IMG/VR virus record: IMGVR_UViG_3300038954_000089
Location: 1-58,938 of that record
Strand: one strand, 5' to 3'
Length of the DNA stretch: 58,938 nucleotides
DNA from: a virus
Taxonomy: Duplodnaviria; Caudoviricetes
Shown here: piece by piece, positions 35,041 to 44,592 of the stretch
Numbering within the stretch: the stretch's first letter is position 1
How the letters are laid out: the number at the start of each line of letters is the position of its first letter
Notes under the pieces: generated by a model
The model's input: the letters and a program-made list of their open reading frames with translations, nothing else
Databases searched by the model: none
What the model was told of the DNA's origin: nothing
Translations under genes and position numbers: made by a program

Positions 35041-35211
35041 GTGGAGACAGCTACTGAAAAGCTTGAAAAAAGGATCACCCTGGTAGTTGACCCAGAGATA
35101 AAAGAATGGGCTCGAAAAGAGGCCGAAAAGCGGAAGTGGAGCCTGTCACTCTACTGCCGGGAACTACTCAGGGAGGCGATGGAGCGGGGGCTCTCAAATG
35201 GGGCTGAATAA
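35041..35211 (+). CDS. Ribbon-helix-helix protein (not in ORF track)
   Basis: KRITLVVDPEIKEWARKEAEKRKWSLSLYCRELLREAM. Confidence 0.7.
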   Translation: METATEKLEKRITLVVDPEIKEWARKEAEKRKWSLSLYCRELLREAMERGLSNGAE

Positions 35212-36025
35212 CGACAACTGGTTTAAGGTTCACCGCGAACTTTTTGAGAAGCCCATTTTTTTGAACTCATCGCCAGAGCATTTCAAGGTTTTAATGGTGA
35301 TTTTAAAAATGGCGAATTTTGCGGAAAAAGAATGGGAGTGGGGGGGAAAATCATTCAAGGCCGCCCCCGGCCAGTTCGTCACAAGCCTTGAATCAATCCG
35401 CCAAAATTGCGGCAAAGGGGTAACAATCCAAAATATCAGATCGGCCATAACTCGTTTTGAAAAGCTCGGATTTCTAACAAACGAAGCAACAAAGACAGGA
35501 CGGCTAATAACTATTGTAAATTGGGCAGCTTATCAGGCCACAAAAGACAATGGCAACAAAGGAGCCAACAAAGAAGTAACAAAGAGCCAACAAAGAGGTA
35601 ACAAAGAGGTAACAAAGCGGCTAACACCTAAAGAAGAATGTTATAAAGAAGGGAGAGAAGGAAAGAATGGAAGAATGGGAGAAAACAGACAAACACCTTC
35701 TGCCCGGAACGCTGCCCGCGATTCCGGTCCGCCGCCGGCGGATACCGTTTTGTCTATTCCCCTTGCTCGGAAAAACGGCGACGGCAACCCGGAGCTTTTC
35801 CATGTCACCAAGGACATGGTTGAGGACTGGCAATCGGATTTCCCAGGGGTGGATGTTATCCAGGAACTCCACAAGGCCAACGCATGGAACAAGGCCAACC
35901 CGACGAAGCGGAAAACCCGATCAGGCATACGGCGGCATCTGGCCGGGTGGCTTGGGAAGGCGCAAGATAAAGGGAACGGAGCAAACGCCAAAAAATCACC
36001 TTACTCAACGGAGGTATGTTTATGA
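35198..36025 (+). CDS. Phage replication initiator
   Basis: WFKVHREL...GQFVTSLESI...LITIVNWAAYQ; internal iterons; C-terminal KTRSGIRRHLAGWL. Confidence 0.85.
   Translation: MGLNNDNWFKVHRELFEKPIFLNSSPEHFKVLMVILKMANFAEKEWEWGGKSFKAAPGQFVTSLESIRQNCGKGVTIQNIRSAITRFEKLGFLTNEATKTGRLITIVNWAAYQATKDNGNKGANKEVTKSQQRGNKEVTKRLTPKEECYKEGREGKNGRMGENRQTPSARNAARDSGPPPADTVLSIPLARKNGDGNPELFHVTKDMVEDWQSDFPGVDVIQELHKANAWNKANPTKRKTRSGIRRHLAGWLGKAQDKGNGANAKKSPYSTEVCL
35555..35617 (+). repeat. Iteron array, probable replication origin
   Basis: Six AACAAAG copies with 11-12 bp period inside the initiator gene. Confidence 0.8.
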
Positions 36026-36345
36026 ACAAAGAAACCGATGTTTTTAACAGTCTTCTAAAAAGGTCATTTTATGAGTATATCCCGGTAAGATGTTCACATT
36101 GCGGGTTTGATTATACTCATCAATTTGAAACCCATGTGTTTGAGAGGCCAGAAGACGCCAAACATGGGAATCATGTAACGGTTAACAATAACGATGTTAA
36201 GATTGACAGGGATATTTCAAAGAATCCGAGTGGAAGGCGGCACGGAGTATCCATTCTTTTGTCATGCGAAGGTTGCGACGGAATAACTCGTCTCGATATT
36301 ATTCAACACAAAGGGAACACGCTTATAGAGGTCCATAAAACATGA
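36022..36345 (+). CDS. Zinc-ribbon hypothetical protein
   Basis: CSHC...NPSGRRHG...CEGC...QHKGNT. Confidence 0.7.
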   Translation: MNKETDVFNSLLKRSFYEYIPVRCSHCGFDYTHQFETHVFERPEDAKHGNHVTVNNNDVKIDRDISKNPSGRRHGVSILLSCEGCDGITRLDIIQHKGNTLIEVHKT

Positions 36346-38060
36346 AAACCCTTTCCGACTACGGGATCGAACTCGGAGCGTCGGCAACCGGCACAGAAAC
36401 CAGGACAACCTGCCCGCAATGCTCTGAACAGCGGAAAAAAAGCCGTGACAAATGCCTTGCGGTTAATACGGAGAAAAAGACTTGGTTCTGCTTTCATTGC
36501 GGGTGGGCTGGCGGAATAGGGCGTGAAGAGTCGGCGTCGGAATATGTGGCCAGGACGCCGATGCCAGCTAACAATTACCGTAAGCCGCAACCGCCGAAGG
36601 CAGACCCCGACGGATTGCCGGAGAAAGTCGTTAGGTGGTTCGCGGATCGCGGTATATCCAAAGCGACATTGGAGGCCGCTAAAGTCGGTTACGGCCCGAT
36701 CTGGATGCCGCAGGAAAATGGCGAAGTGAACGCGATAAATTTTCCGTATTACGGCGGCGGGGAACTGATCAACGTCAAATATCGGGACGGTAAAAAGAAT
36801 TTCCGAATGGAGAAGGGGGCACGTCGGGCGCTTTACGGTCTGGATGATATCAACGAATTCCAAACAATCTGGACGGAGGGCGAAATAGACAAGCTGTCCT
36901 TTGCGGAGGCTGGCTTTTCAAACTGCGTATCGGTCCCGGATGGAGCGCCGACGCCAAACACGAACAACTATTCATCGAAATTCGATTTTTTGGACGATGC
37001 CGAAAACCTTATTGAGCCGGTCCTATCCCATGTCATAGCTGTCGATGGGGACGCCCCAGGTGCAAGGCTGAAAGCCGAGCTTATCCGCCGTCTCGGCCCC
37101 GGTAAATGCCGCGTGATCGAATGGCCGAACGGTTGTAAAGACGCCAACGAGGTTTTGGCCGCCCATGGGCCGGAGGCGCTAAAGAATCTTATTGACAAAG
37201 CCCGTCCTGCACCGGTCGCCGGCGTGTTCGATGTCGATGATATCGAGCGGGAGGTTTTGGATTTTTATGATTATGGATTTGAAAGGGGGGAATCGACAGG
37301 GTGGAAAGCGGTTGATGAATTTTACACGGTCAGGGTACGGGAATGGTCCGTCGTTACTGGAATTCCTTCACATGGGAAATCGGAATGGCTGGACGCGGTA
37401 ATGGTTAACATGGCGCAAACTGCCGGGTGGAGGTTCGGTATTTGTTCTATGGAAAATTTTCCGCTGTCAAGGCACTTTGCCAAACTGATTGAAAAATATG
37501 TCGGTTTGCCGTTCCAGAGCCATCACCGAACATCGAGGATGAGCCGGGATAATTTAAAATCCGCCATCGAATGGGCGCGGGAGCATTTCTTTTTTATCCA
37601 TCCTGAAGACGACGAAATGACGGTTGATGGCGTTTTGAGCTTGGCTCAAGTCCTTGTTTATCGCCATGGGATACAGGGCTTGATTATCGATCCGTGGAAT
37701 GAACTAGATCACACATGGCCCCGTGAACAAAACGAGGTCATGTATATTTCTTCATCCCTTTCAAAAATCCGCAGATTTGCCCGTAAGGCCGGGGTCCATG
37801 TCTGGATCGTTGCGCATCCGACGAAATTACCAAAGCGGGCCGATGGGCAATACCCTCCGCCGACACCGTATGACATCAGCGGAGCGGCTCACTGGCGAAA
37901 CAAGGCCGATAACGCTATTACGATCTATCGGCCAAACATGGCGGATTGGGAGGATCCGACAGTTGAAATTCATGTCCAAAAAGTCCGCTTTAAAGAAATC
38001 GGAAAAGTAGGTCTTGCAACATTGCAATATGATTACGCAAACGGGAGGTATTCAGAATGA
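36342..38060 (+). CDS. Primase-helicase (T7 gp4/Twinkle-like)
   Basis: Zn finger CPQC...CFHC; TOPRIM TEGEID, D.D, KDANE; helicase GIPSHGKS, IIDPWN, VAHP, DISG. Confidence 0.95.
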   Translation: MKTLSDYGIELGASATGTETRTTCPQCSEQRKKSRDKCLAVNTEKKTWFCFHCGWAGGIGREESASEYVARTPMPANNYRKPQPPKADPDGLPEKVVRWFADRGISKATLEAAKVGYGPIWMPQENGEVNAINFPYYGGGELINVKYRDGKKNFRMEKGARRALYGLDDINEFQTIWTEGEIDKLSFAEAGFSNCVSVPDGAPTPNTNNYSSKFDFLDDAENLIEPVLSHVIAVDGDAPGARLKAELIRRLGPGKCRVIEWPNGCKDANEVLAAHGPEALKNLIDKARPAPVAGVFDVDDIEREVLDFYDYGFERGESTGWKAVDEFYTVRVREWSVVTGIPSHGKSEWLDAVMVNMAQTAGWRFGICSMENFPLSRHFAKLIEKYVGLPFQSHHRTSRMSRDNLKSAIEWAREHFFFIHPEDDEMTVDGVLSLAQVLVYRHGIQGLIIDPWNELDHTWPREQNEVMYISSSLSKIRRFARKAGVHVWIVAHPTKLPKRADGQYPPPTPYDISGAAHWRNKADNAITIYRPNMADWEDPTVEIHVQKVRFKEIGKVGLATLQYDYANGRYSE

Positions 38061-38278
38061 TAACCGAAGCAATCGAAAGCGACGCTGAGACGATCATGGA
38101 TGTTCTGGAAGAAATGGTTCTTTCAACCGGCGATCGTTACATTGCAATATCCAGGTGGCGGGAAAAATGCGGCGAGTTTAACGGCGATAGATGGAAAGCG
38201 GCGGCGCGGTATTTGGTCGATGAAGGCATCATTCATAGATCCGGGGCGCTTGTGTCTTTCGGGGGGAAACAGCAATGA
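38057..38278 (+). CDS. Hypothetical protein
   Basis: ATGA-coupled to the helicase. Confidence 0.6.
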   Translation: MITEAIESDAETIMDVLEEMVLSTGDRYIAISRWREKCGEFNGDRWKAAARYLVDEGIIHRSGALVSFGGKQQ

Positions 38279-38504
38279 GCAACTACCTATGCCGCCACTG
38301 CGCAAAATAGCGGACAAGGAACCCTGCCAGCACTGCGGCTGGCATGATGGCGAGGACCGGATGGAGCACGTCAGCGGGCCGACTTGGCGGGTGATGGACC
38401 GGCTTGGTGGTGATCAATGTCCGATGTGCGGTGATCCAGTAGACAGGGCGTTTCAGCCGTATTGCTCCGAGGAGTGCTGGGATATAGGGAGGGGGGAGCT
38501 ATGA
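38275..38504 (+). pseudogene. Frameshifted zinc-finger gene
   Basis: MSNYLCRHCAK* continues as IADKEPCQHCGW...CPMC...YCSEEC if one A is added to the A run near 38305. Confidence 0.5.
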
Positions 38505-38749
38505 CGATCAAGAACAATCAATTCAAATGTGATATCTGCGGCAAGAAATCAAAGACATGGGGGCGCGACTGGTGGCGGTATGGGTCAATAGAGCAAATTG
38601 AAAATTGTCCGGCCGAATTGCCAATGGCATGCTCTGATGCGTGCCGACATGAATTGAATCGAAAAATCCAGAGTAAGGAATTTGTGCTCCCAATATTGCG
38701 AAATCGAGGATATTATTCGGACATCGCGTATGCGAGAAAGGGCTATTGA
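38501..38749 (+). CDS. Zinc-finger hypothetical protein
   Basis: CDICGK...CSDAC. Confidence 0.65.
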   Translation: MTIKNNQFKCDICGKKSKTWGRDWWRYGSIEQIENCPAELPMACSDACRHELNRKIQSKEFVLPILRNRGYYSDIAYARKGY

Positions 38750-38985
38750 TGATACTCGGTGGATATAGGAACAAGAAAACTGGCGACATATACTGTGCTA
38801 TTGCCGTTGCAGATGAGTTCTATGCCCGCGGCAGAGGCCATATTGTTGTTTTTCATCCGAAGAATAACGATGGTGAGATTTTTGTTTGTCAAGAGTCTAA
38901 GTTTATGGATAATTTTAACCTTTTAATAGCATTCACAATTCCGACTCGTTTATCGATAACGGCGAATGCAAGTGGCGACTCATGA
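38746..38985 (+). CDS. DUF1653-like small protein
   Basis: GGYRNKKTGDIY...IVVF...IFV...F. Confidence 0.5.
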   Translation: MMILGGYRNKKTGDIYCAIAVADEFYARGRGHIVVFHPKNNDGEIFVCQESKFMDNFNLLIAFTIPTRLSITANASGDS

Positions 38986-39236
38986 CCGGCTACCACGTCA
39001 CTACCCCGAAAAAACTGGAGCGATACCGAAAAACCGGAGCGATCCTCCCGCCGGTTCGATTTTGGCCGAACGAATACACGGCTCGACGATGGGCGAAGCG
39101 GACGGGCAGGTCTGTGATTTTGGAAATCGATGTGGAGAAGTCATCTCCCCTGCCGGATCATAGGTCGGCTCGGTGGACGGATGAGGTTGTGAGGGGGTGG
39201 AAAAAATATCTTGACACAACCGAACGAATGGGATAA
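38982..39236 (+). CDS. Hypothetical protein
   Basis: YHVTTPKKLERYRKTGAILPPVRFW. Confidence 0.7.
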   Translation: MTGYHVTTPKKLERYRKTGAILPPVRFWPNEYTARRWAKRTGRSVILEIDVEKSSPLPDHRSARWTDEVVRGWKKYLDTTERMG

Positions 39237-39280
39237 AAGGGAATCGTGGAAGCAAAAATCGACAAAAAGAGGGAGGTAAG

Positions 39281-39940
39281 ATGAAAGAATATCATAAGAT
39301 TCAGACTGTGTTTAAAAGAGATCCAGAAACAAAATATAAAACCCTTCTTGAAGATGATTACTCTAAGCCAGAGTTTGAGTATCTGCAACACAATAAATGG
39401 ATTTTCACCGAGAAGGTTGACGGAACTAATATTCGCGTGATGTTTAATGGAAACCAAATTATTTTTGGCGGCAAAACAGATCGGGCGCAGATTCCAGGCA
39501 AGCTTTTAAATCGCTTGAGAGAGCGGTTTGACCATCAACTTGATTTCTTTAAGGCCATTTTTGACGATGGTAACGAGGACATACTAGAGCATCTTGAGGT
39601 TTGTTTTTATGGCGAAGGGTACGGCGCAAAGATTCAAAAGGGCGGCGGAAACTATTGCATCGACCAAGACTTTGTACTTTTTGACGTAAATGTAAATGGC
39701 TGGTGGTTGCAGCGCAATGACATTGAAGATATCGCAGTTAAGTTTGGCATTGATGTCGTGCCCATTATCGGCGAAGGAACACTGCCGGAAATGGTCGAAA
39801 AAGTTAGGGGCGGGTTTCACTCTCAATGGGGCGATTTTATGGCAGAGGGTATCGTTGCGCGTCCCGAAACTGAATTAAGAGCAAGAAATGGAGAACGAAT
39901 CATCACTAAATTAAAAGTCAAGGATTTTATCCGAAGGTGA
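39281..39940 (+). CDS. RNA ligase-family nucleotidyltransferase
   Basis: Motif I TEKVDGTN; FYGEGYG; LFDV; EGIVARP; KLK. Confidence 0.88.
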   Translation: MKEYHKIQTVFKRDPETKYKTLLEDDYSKPEFEYLQHNKWIFTEKVDGTNIRVMFNGNQIIFGGKTDRAQIPGKLLNRLRERFDHQLDFFKAIFDDGNEDILEHLEVCFYGEGYGAKIQKGGGNYCIDQDFVLFDVNVNGWWLQRNDIEDIAVKFGIDVVPIIGEGTLPEMVEKVRGGFHSQWGDFMAEGIVARPETELRARNGERIITKLKVKDFIRR

Positions 39941-39943
39941 ATC

Positions 39944-40111
39944 ATGGAAACCGAAGAAAAAAGCTGGCTAAGGGTTGAGATGGACAAGGCGCTCCATCGC
40001 CAATTCCGTGCAGCGGCCATAATGCACGGGATGTCAATCAAAGACGCGGCCAAAGAGGCCGTGGAGATGTGGCTGGAGAGGTACCAATCGGAAAGGGTGG
40101 TGAAAGGATGA
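39944..40111 (+). CDS. Ribbon-helix-helix protein (not in ORF track)
   Basis: LRVEMDKALHRQFRAAAIMHGMSIKDAAKEAVEMWL. Confidence 0.7.
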   Translation: METEEKSWLRVEMDKALHRQFRAAAIMHGMSIKDAAKEAVEMWLERYQSERVVKG

Positions 40112-40305
40112 GTAGGTTGCCGTGGGAGGAGAGGGTGCCGCTGTTTTCGATCAACCCGGACGCCGCCAACTCGGAAGACGTGGCCAGGATGGCGGCCGAG
40201 TTGATGGAGGCTCGGCGTGAATTAATGGTTGCCCGCAAGTTGATTTGGAAGGTCCATATATCGGTTCAGAAGTACAGCTCAGAATACGGAAGGGGGGAAG
40301 GGTGA
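40108..40305 (+). CDS. Hypothetical protein
   Basis: WEERVPLFSINPDAANSEDVARMAAELME. Confidence 0.6.
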   Translation: MSRLPWEERVPLFSINPDAANSEDVARMAAELMEARRELMVARKLIWKVHISVQKYSSEYGRGEG

Positions 40306-40544
40306 TGTACACAGGCGACAGGGGATCGAACGGTTTTGTACTGAACAAACGCCGGTCCCGACTGCGGTTGTTGATCGGCGAGGTTCTGAGGGCTCTGGTG
40401 ATTTTTATTCTCGGCGGGATGCTGGCGTGGATGATCTTATGTGCCCCGAAGGCAGGGGCAGCAGGGTCGCCCAGTATTGAGCTTGAAGGGCCAGTAAGTG
40501 TGCGCGGCAAACAGGCGTGGCGGCCTGGATCGGACGGAGATTGA
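40305..40544 (+). CDS. Small membrane protein
   Basis: One hydrophobic segment; TGATG coupling. Confidence 0.5.
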   Translation: MYTGDRGSNGFVLNKRRSRLRLLIGEVLRALVIFILGGMLAWMILCAPKAGAAGSPSIELEGPVSVRGKQAWRPGSDGD

Positions 40545-40548
40545 ATAC

Positions 40549-40887
40549 ATGGAAAATCTATTGCCAGAATACAGGATTAAAACTGAAAAGTGTTTGATCT
40601 GTCAAAGACAAATCCCCATTGAGCACCCATGTCTGATGCTGAAAAGAGGGTTTATTTGTATGCTATGTGAGAACGTAGCGAACGAAAAAATGGTTGTTTT
40701 TAAGTTGTCACCAGAACTTGGGGATGGGCAAAGCGTTTTTGTCGAGGCATCGGTTGAAAATGTTTTGTCCGCCGTCAGGACGTTTTGTGAGTATGCCTTG
40801 GCTGGCGAGCATGAGGCTGGCGAACACTGCCGGATTGAGATCGGCGAAATGAACCGGCTGGAATTTAAGTCCCTACCGGATTTATAA
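40549..40887 (+). CDS. Zinc-finger hypothetical protein
   Basis: CLIC...CMLC; stop lies within TTATAAC. Confidence 0.6.
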   Translation: MENLLPEYRIKTEKCLICQRQIPIEHPCLMLKRGFICMLCENVANEKMVVFKLSPELGDGQSVFVEASVENVLSAVRTFCEYALAGEHEAGEHCRIEIGEMNRLEFKSLPDL

Positions 40888-40909
40888 CCCGATCAATTCG
40901 ACGTTATGC
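40882..40909 (+). other. Collapsed (internally deleted) attC-like site
   Basis: TTATAAC CCG A TCAAT TCGAC GTTATGC; both ends match the 28569 site. Confidence 0.55.
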
Positions 40910-40931
40910 CGCAAGGCAGGAAGGATTAGAT

Positions 40932-41204
40932 GTGAGAAAATATAGAAAAAAACCTGTTGTTGTCGAAGCTGTCAAGTTTGACACAGGTTGTGATATGCCA
41001 GAGGTTGACCTTGTTATGGCCGATCCCATTGATAGCGAAGAGATCTGCCCTGTTTGTGGAAAAACGGCAAAAGAACACGGTAATGTAAAAACATTGGAGG
41101 GTTATCTATGCGCTTGCCCTGGTGATTTTATCATTAGAGGGATCAAGGGAGAACACTATCCATGTAAGCCGGATATTTTTAAATCAACTTACGAGCCGGC
41201 ATAA
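40932..41204 (+). CDS. Conserved phage protein (KYRKKPVVVEA...PCKPDIF type)
   Basis: RKYRKKPVVVEAV...TLEG...PGDFIIRGIKGEHYPCKPDIFKSTYE. Confidence 0.85.
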   Translation: MRKYRKKPVVVEAVKFDTGCDMPEVDLVMADPIDSEEICPVCGKTAKEHGNVKTLEGYLCACPGDFIIRGIKGEHYPCKPDIFKSTYEPA

Positions 41205-41278
41205 CCGGGCTATTGGATTGAGTGAGACGGGCCGCGGCATCAATGGATATGGCAGCACTGGGAAATAAACACTGAGTT

Positions 41279-41371
41279 TGCGCTCGGAAACGCATCCGAT
41301 CCCTGTACAACACAATTTGCCGATTGTATCCCAGGGTAGGATGCGGGCGACTGGTACCCGCCGAGAGCGCA
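41279..41371 (+). ncRNA. Candidate structured intergenic RNA
   Basis: Nested pairs TGCGCTC/GAGCGCA, GCATCC/GGATGC, CCCTG/CAGGG, TACAA/TTGTA. Confidence 0.45.
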
Positions 41372-41375
41372 TTTA

Positions 41376-41409
41376 GCCGGGGGGATGGTGACTCCCCGGC
41401 TTTTTTTTT
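41376..41409 (+). terminator. Intrinsic terminator abutting the next promoter
   Basis: GCCGGGG/CCCCGGC plus T9, then CTTGACA. Confidence 0.85.
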
Positions 41410-41462
41410 CTTGACAGATAGATATATTTATTGATATGTTTTCCATGAAAGGAGGTGATTAC

Positions 41463-41621
41463 ATGACAACGATTTTTTCAATCAATGCGGAACAAGATGC
41501 GGTCAAACGGTTCAGGGAGCTGGCCGTAAAAACAGGCAAGACCCAAAGGGAGCTTTTCGACGAGGCGGTTGATTTTCTGTCGCGGGAGTATGGAGTAAGG
41601 GAGGATGTGAAAAATGGATAG
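41463..41621 (+). CDS. Ribbon-helix-helix protein
   Basis: MTTIFSINAEQDAVKRFRELAVKTGKTQRELFDEAVDFL; SD AGGAGGT. Confidence 0.75.
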   Translation: MTTIFSINAEQDAVKRFRELAVKTGKTQRELFDEAVDFLSREYGVREDVKNG

Positions 41622-41781
41622 CTTAAATAATGTGGACTGGGAACATGGCGGGAATGTCCATAATTGGAGACGGCATGTCCCGGTAAACGTTCGTAAAATA
41701 TGGGATTCCTTTTTTGAGTTTCAAAAAAAGGCCCTGTATGAATGGGCAGAGAGCTTGGCAGACGGGGAGGAATGGGAATAA
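41614..41781 (+). CDS. Small hypothetical protein (55 aa)
   Basis: Manual ORF DWEHGGNVHNWRRHVPVNVRKIWDSF...ADGEEWE. Confidence 0.6.
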   Translation: MDSLNNVDWEHGGNVHNWRRHVPVNVRKIWDSFFEFQKKALYEWAESLADGEEWE

Positions 41782-43184
41782 TGGGAGAATATGAGGATTT
41801 TATCCTAAAAAAAGAACATTACCATGACGATAGCGGATTTGAACCGTTATGGCTGCCGGACTTCCTGTTTCCGTTTCAACGGGACTTGGTTGAATGGTCG
41901 GTAAGAAAAGGACGGGCGGCCCTATTCGCAGATTGTGGGATGGGGAAAACACCTATGTATCTTGTGTGGGCCGAGAATGTTGTCAGAAAAACAAATGGCA
42001 GAGTAATAATTTTGACGCCGCTTGCTGTTGCGGATCAGGTTGTTTCTGAGGGCGAAAAATTTGGCATTGAGGTCGAGAAAAGCCGAGACGGCAAGTTTTC
42101 AAAAAATATCGTCGTTACAAACTACGAGCGGTTGAGGTGTTTTGATCCTGGAGACTTTGATGGATGTTGCGGCGACGAATCAAGTATAATCAAAAACTTC
42201 AATGGATCGATCAAGAGCGAAGTCACTCAATTTATGCGCAAAATGTTGTACCGTATGTTAGCGACTGCAACAGCGGCACCAAACGATTACCCTGAAGTTG
42301 GGACATCATCTGAGGCATTGGGCTATCTTGGATATATGGATATGCTCAATCGATTTTTCAAAAATGAGCAGGGGAATTCGAAGGTCGGCCGCCATTACGG
42401 GCAGGTTTTGAAGTGGCGGATGAAGCCACACGCCGAGCCTATTTTTTGGCGATGGATGACATCATGGGCGCGTGCCGTAAGAAAGCCGTCAGATTTGGGA
42501 TACGATGACGGTGATTTTATATTACCGGAATTGATCGAAAGACAGCATGAAGTCAAAGCGACGAGGCCGCACCCTGGCAAGCTATTTATAGAGGAAGCTC
42601 ACGGGCTGCAAGAACAGCGCGAAGAACTGAGAATGACATTGACGGAGCGATGCGAAAAAGTCGCAGAATTGGCGCATGGGTGGCCAGTTTCCGTACACTG
42701 GTGCAACCTAAACTCTGAATCTGATTTGCTTGAAAAGTTTATTCCGGGCGCTGTGCAAGTTTCCGGATCAATGTCAGACGAAAAAAAGGAGGAGAGAATA
42801 AAGGCTTTTGCGAATGGCGAAATCAAGCATTTCATCACCAAGCCAAAAATAACAGGGTTCGGGATGAACTGGCAACATTGCGATTATATGAGCGTTTTTC
42901 CGTCACATTCTTTCGAGCAATATTATCAAATGATCAGGAGAATGTGGCGGTTTGGGCAGAAAAAACCTGTTCATGTTGACCTGATAACCACTCCGGGCCT
43001 TCGGAAGGTTTTGGCCAATTTGCAACGAAAACAAGCTGATGCCGACAAAATGTTTACGGAACTGGTTCGGTTGATGAATGAGTCAATCAATATCCAAAAC
43101 AACCGGGATGTCGGTAAAAAGATGGAACTGCCGACATTTTTGAAAGGAGGAGAAAATGGGGATAGTAGATCAAGAGCTGCATGA
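41781..43184 (+). CDS. SNF2-like SF2 helicase
   Basis: FPFQ; ADCGMGKT; GDESS; ATAT; QMIRRMWRFGQ. Confidence 0.9.
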   Translation: MGEYEDFILKKEHYHDDSGFEPLWLPDFLFPFQRDLVEWSVRKGRAALFADCGMGKTPMYLVWAENVVRKTNGRVIILTPLAVADQVVSEGEKFGIEVEKSRDGKFSKNIVVTNYERLRCFDPGDFDGCCGDESSIIKNFNGSIKSEVTQFMRKMLYRMLATATAAPNDYPEVGTSSEALGYLGYMDMLNRFFKNEQGNSKVGRHYGQVLKWRMKPHAEPIFWRWMTSWARAVRKPSDLGYDDGDFILPELIERQHEVKATRPHPGKLFIEEAHGLQEQREELRMTLTERCEKVAELAHGWPVSVHWCNLNSESDLLEKFIPGAVQVSGSMSDEKKEERIKAFANGEIKHFITKPKITGFGMNWQHCDYMSVFPSHSFEQYYQMIRRMWRFGQKKPVHVDLITTPGLRKVLANLQRKQADADKMFTELVRLMNESINIQNNRDVGKKMELPTFLKGGENGDSRSRAA

Positions 43185-44127
43185 AAAATACGCTATTTAT
43201 TGCGGGGACTGCCAGGAGGTAATGGGAGGCTTACCGGATGAGTCTGTTCATTTGTCTATCTATTCTCCTCCGTTCGGGACTAAGCGTGGAGGTCTTTATC
43301 ATTACAGCAGCGATCCGCGCGACCTTTCCAATTGCGTCGATTATGATCAATTCATGTCGCATTACAAGCACCATGTGAAGCAAATTGCCCGGATAACAAT
43401 GCGCGGTCGGATGTCTTGCGTCCATTGCATTGATGTCCCTTCAGGAAATAGCGGGCAGGATTATATGCTTGACTTTCCTGGCGATATAATCAGGATGCAC
43501 GAAAGGTTCGGATTCCACTATTGCGGTCGGCATATGATATGGAAAGAGCCCTTGGGGGTCCGAAATCGAACTATGGCAAAAAATCTTGCACACAAAACGG
43601 TTGTCGAAGATTCGATTTATGCATCCCTTGCCGGAGCGGAATATCTTTTGCTTTTTCGGAAGCGCGGAAAAAATCCTATACCGGTTGCCCACCCTACAGG
43701 TCTGCATGAATATGCCGGAGAGCGAGAGATACCGCACGAATTGACATCATTCAGGGGGTACGAGGGCAAGCAAACTAAAAACCGTTTCAGCCATTGGATA
43801 TGGCGCCAATATGCGTCTTCAAATTGGGACGACATTAGACTTAACAACGTCTTGCCATTCAAGCCGGCCAAGGAAGAGGACGACGAAAAACACGTTCATC
43901 CGCTGCAACTTGACGTAATAGAACGATGCGTTACACTTCGGTCTAATCCAGGAGAGGTAGTTTTTACCCCATACATGGGCGTAGGGTCTGAGGTTTATGG
44001 CGCTGTCAAAAATGGAAGGTTTGGCATTGGGTCTGAGTTGAAGCATAGCTATTTTAAGCAGGCGCAACGCAACATGGTTGACGCGATAGAACCGAAAGCA
44101 AATGAGCAACTCGAACTTTTTTCTTGA
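43156..44127 (+). CDS. DNA methyltransferase (N4C/N6A, beta class)
   Basis: YSPPF catalytic motif; HVHPLQLDVIER; TPYMGVGSE SAM motif. Confidence 0.92.
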   Translation: MGIVDQELHEKYAIYCGDCQEVMGGLPDESVHLSIYSPPFGTKRGGLYHYSSDPRDLSNCVDYDQFMSHYKHHVKQIARITMRGRMSCVHCIDVPSGNSGQDYMLDFPGDIIRMHERFGFHYCGRHMIWKEPLGVRNRTMAKNLAHKTVVEDSIYASLAGAEYLLLFRKRGKNPIPVAHPTGLHEYAGEREIPHELTSFRGYEGKQTKNRFSHWIWRQYASSNWDDIRLNNVLPFKPAKEEDDEKHVHPLQLDVIERCVTLRSNPGEVVFTPYMGVGSEVYGAVKNGRFGIGSELKHSYFKQAQRNMVDAIEPKANEQLELFS

Positions 44128-44253
44128 CAAAACACCTAAACCATGCCGATAATGCGGCATGTTCGGTTCCTTTCTCGCCATTGTTCCATTCTTTCCTCCA
44201 GGGGCCGGGTTTCCTCCTTCCCCGGCCCCACCCCTCCATTTTTCCGTCGAATC

Positions 44254-44592
44254 ATGACCGAAGACGATATCAAAAGCATGGTCGATGCCATGTTCAAAAA
44301 ACTCGACAGGATCGAGTCTAAAGTAGATGCGGCTCAAGTCCATAACTCTGAAAACTACAGAATGCTTTCTGTACTGGAGCAGCGCACAGTCGGGAACGAG
44401 GCGCGGATCAAAAGATTAGAAAAAGAGGCAGAATCGGCAGAAGCGCATCAGGTAGAATGCGCAAAACATCGAGGACAATGTCCGGCGGATGAATTCCATC
44501 AGTTCCGTCGGCTTTTTTTTGGCCTTCTTTTTGGCTTTTTTCTCCAAACAATCGGAATCATTTTTACGCTCCTAAAAGCAGGGTCAAAATGA
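44254..44592 (+). CDS. Coiled-coil protein with C-terminal TM (holin/lysis-like)
   Basis: Coiled coil then LFFGLLFGFFLQTIGIIF; downstream of a TTGACA-17-GATAAT promoter at 44124. Confidence 0.55.
   Translation: MTEDDIKSMVDAMFKKLDRIESKVDAAQVHNSENYRMLSVLEQRTVGNEARIKRLEKEAESAEAHQVECAKHRGQCPADEFHQFRRLFFGLLFGFFLQTIGIIFTLLKAGSK

Noticed and set aside
35555-35617. Mini CRISPR or novel repeat
   Set aside because: Explained as iterons within a replication initiator gene
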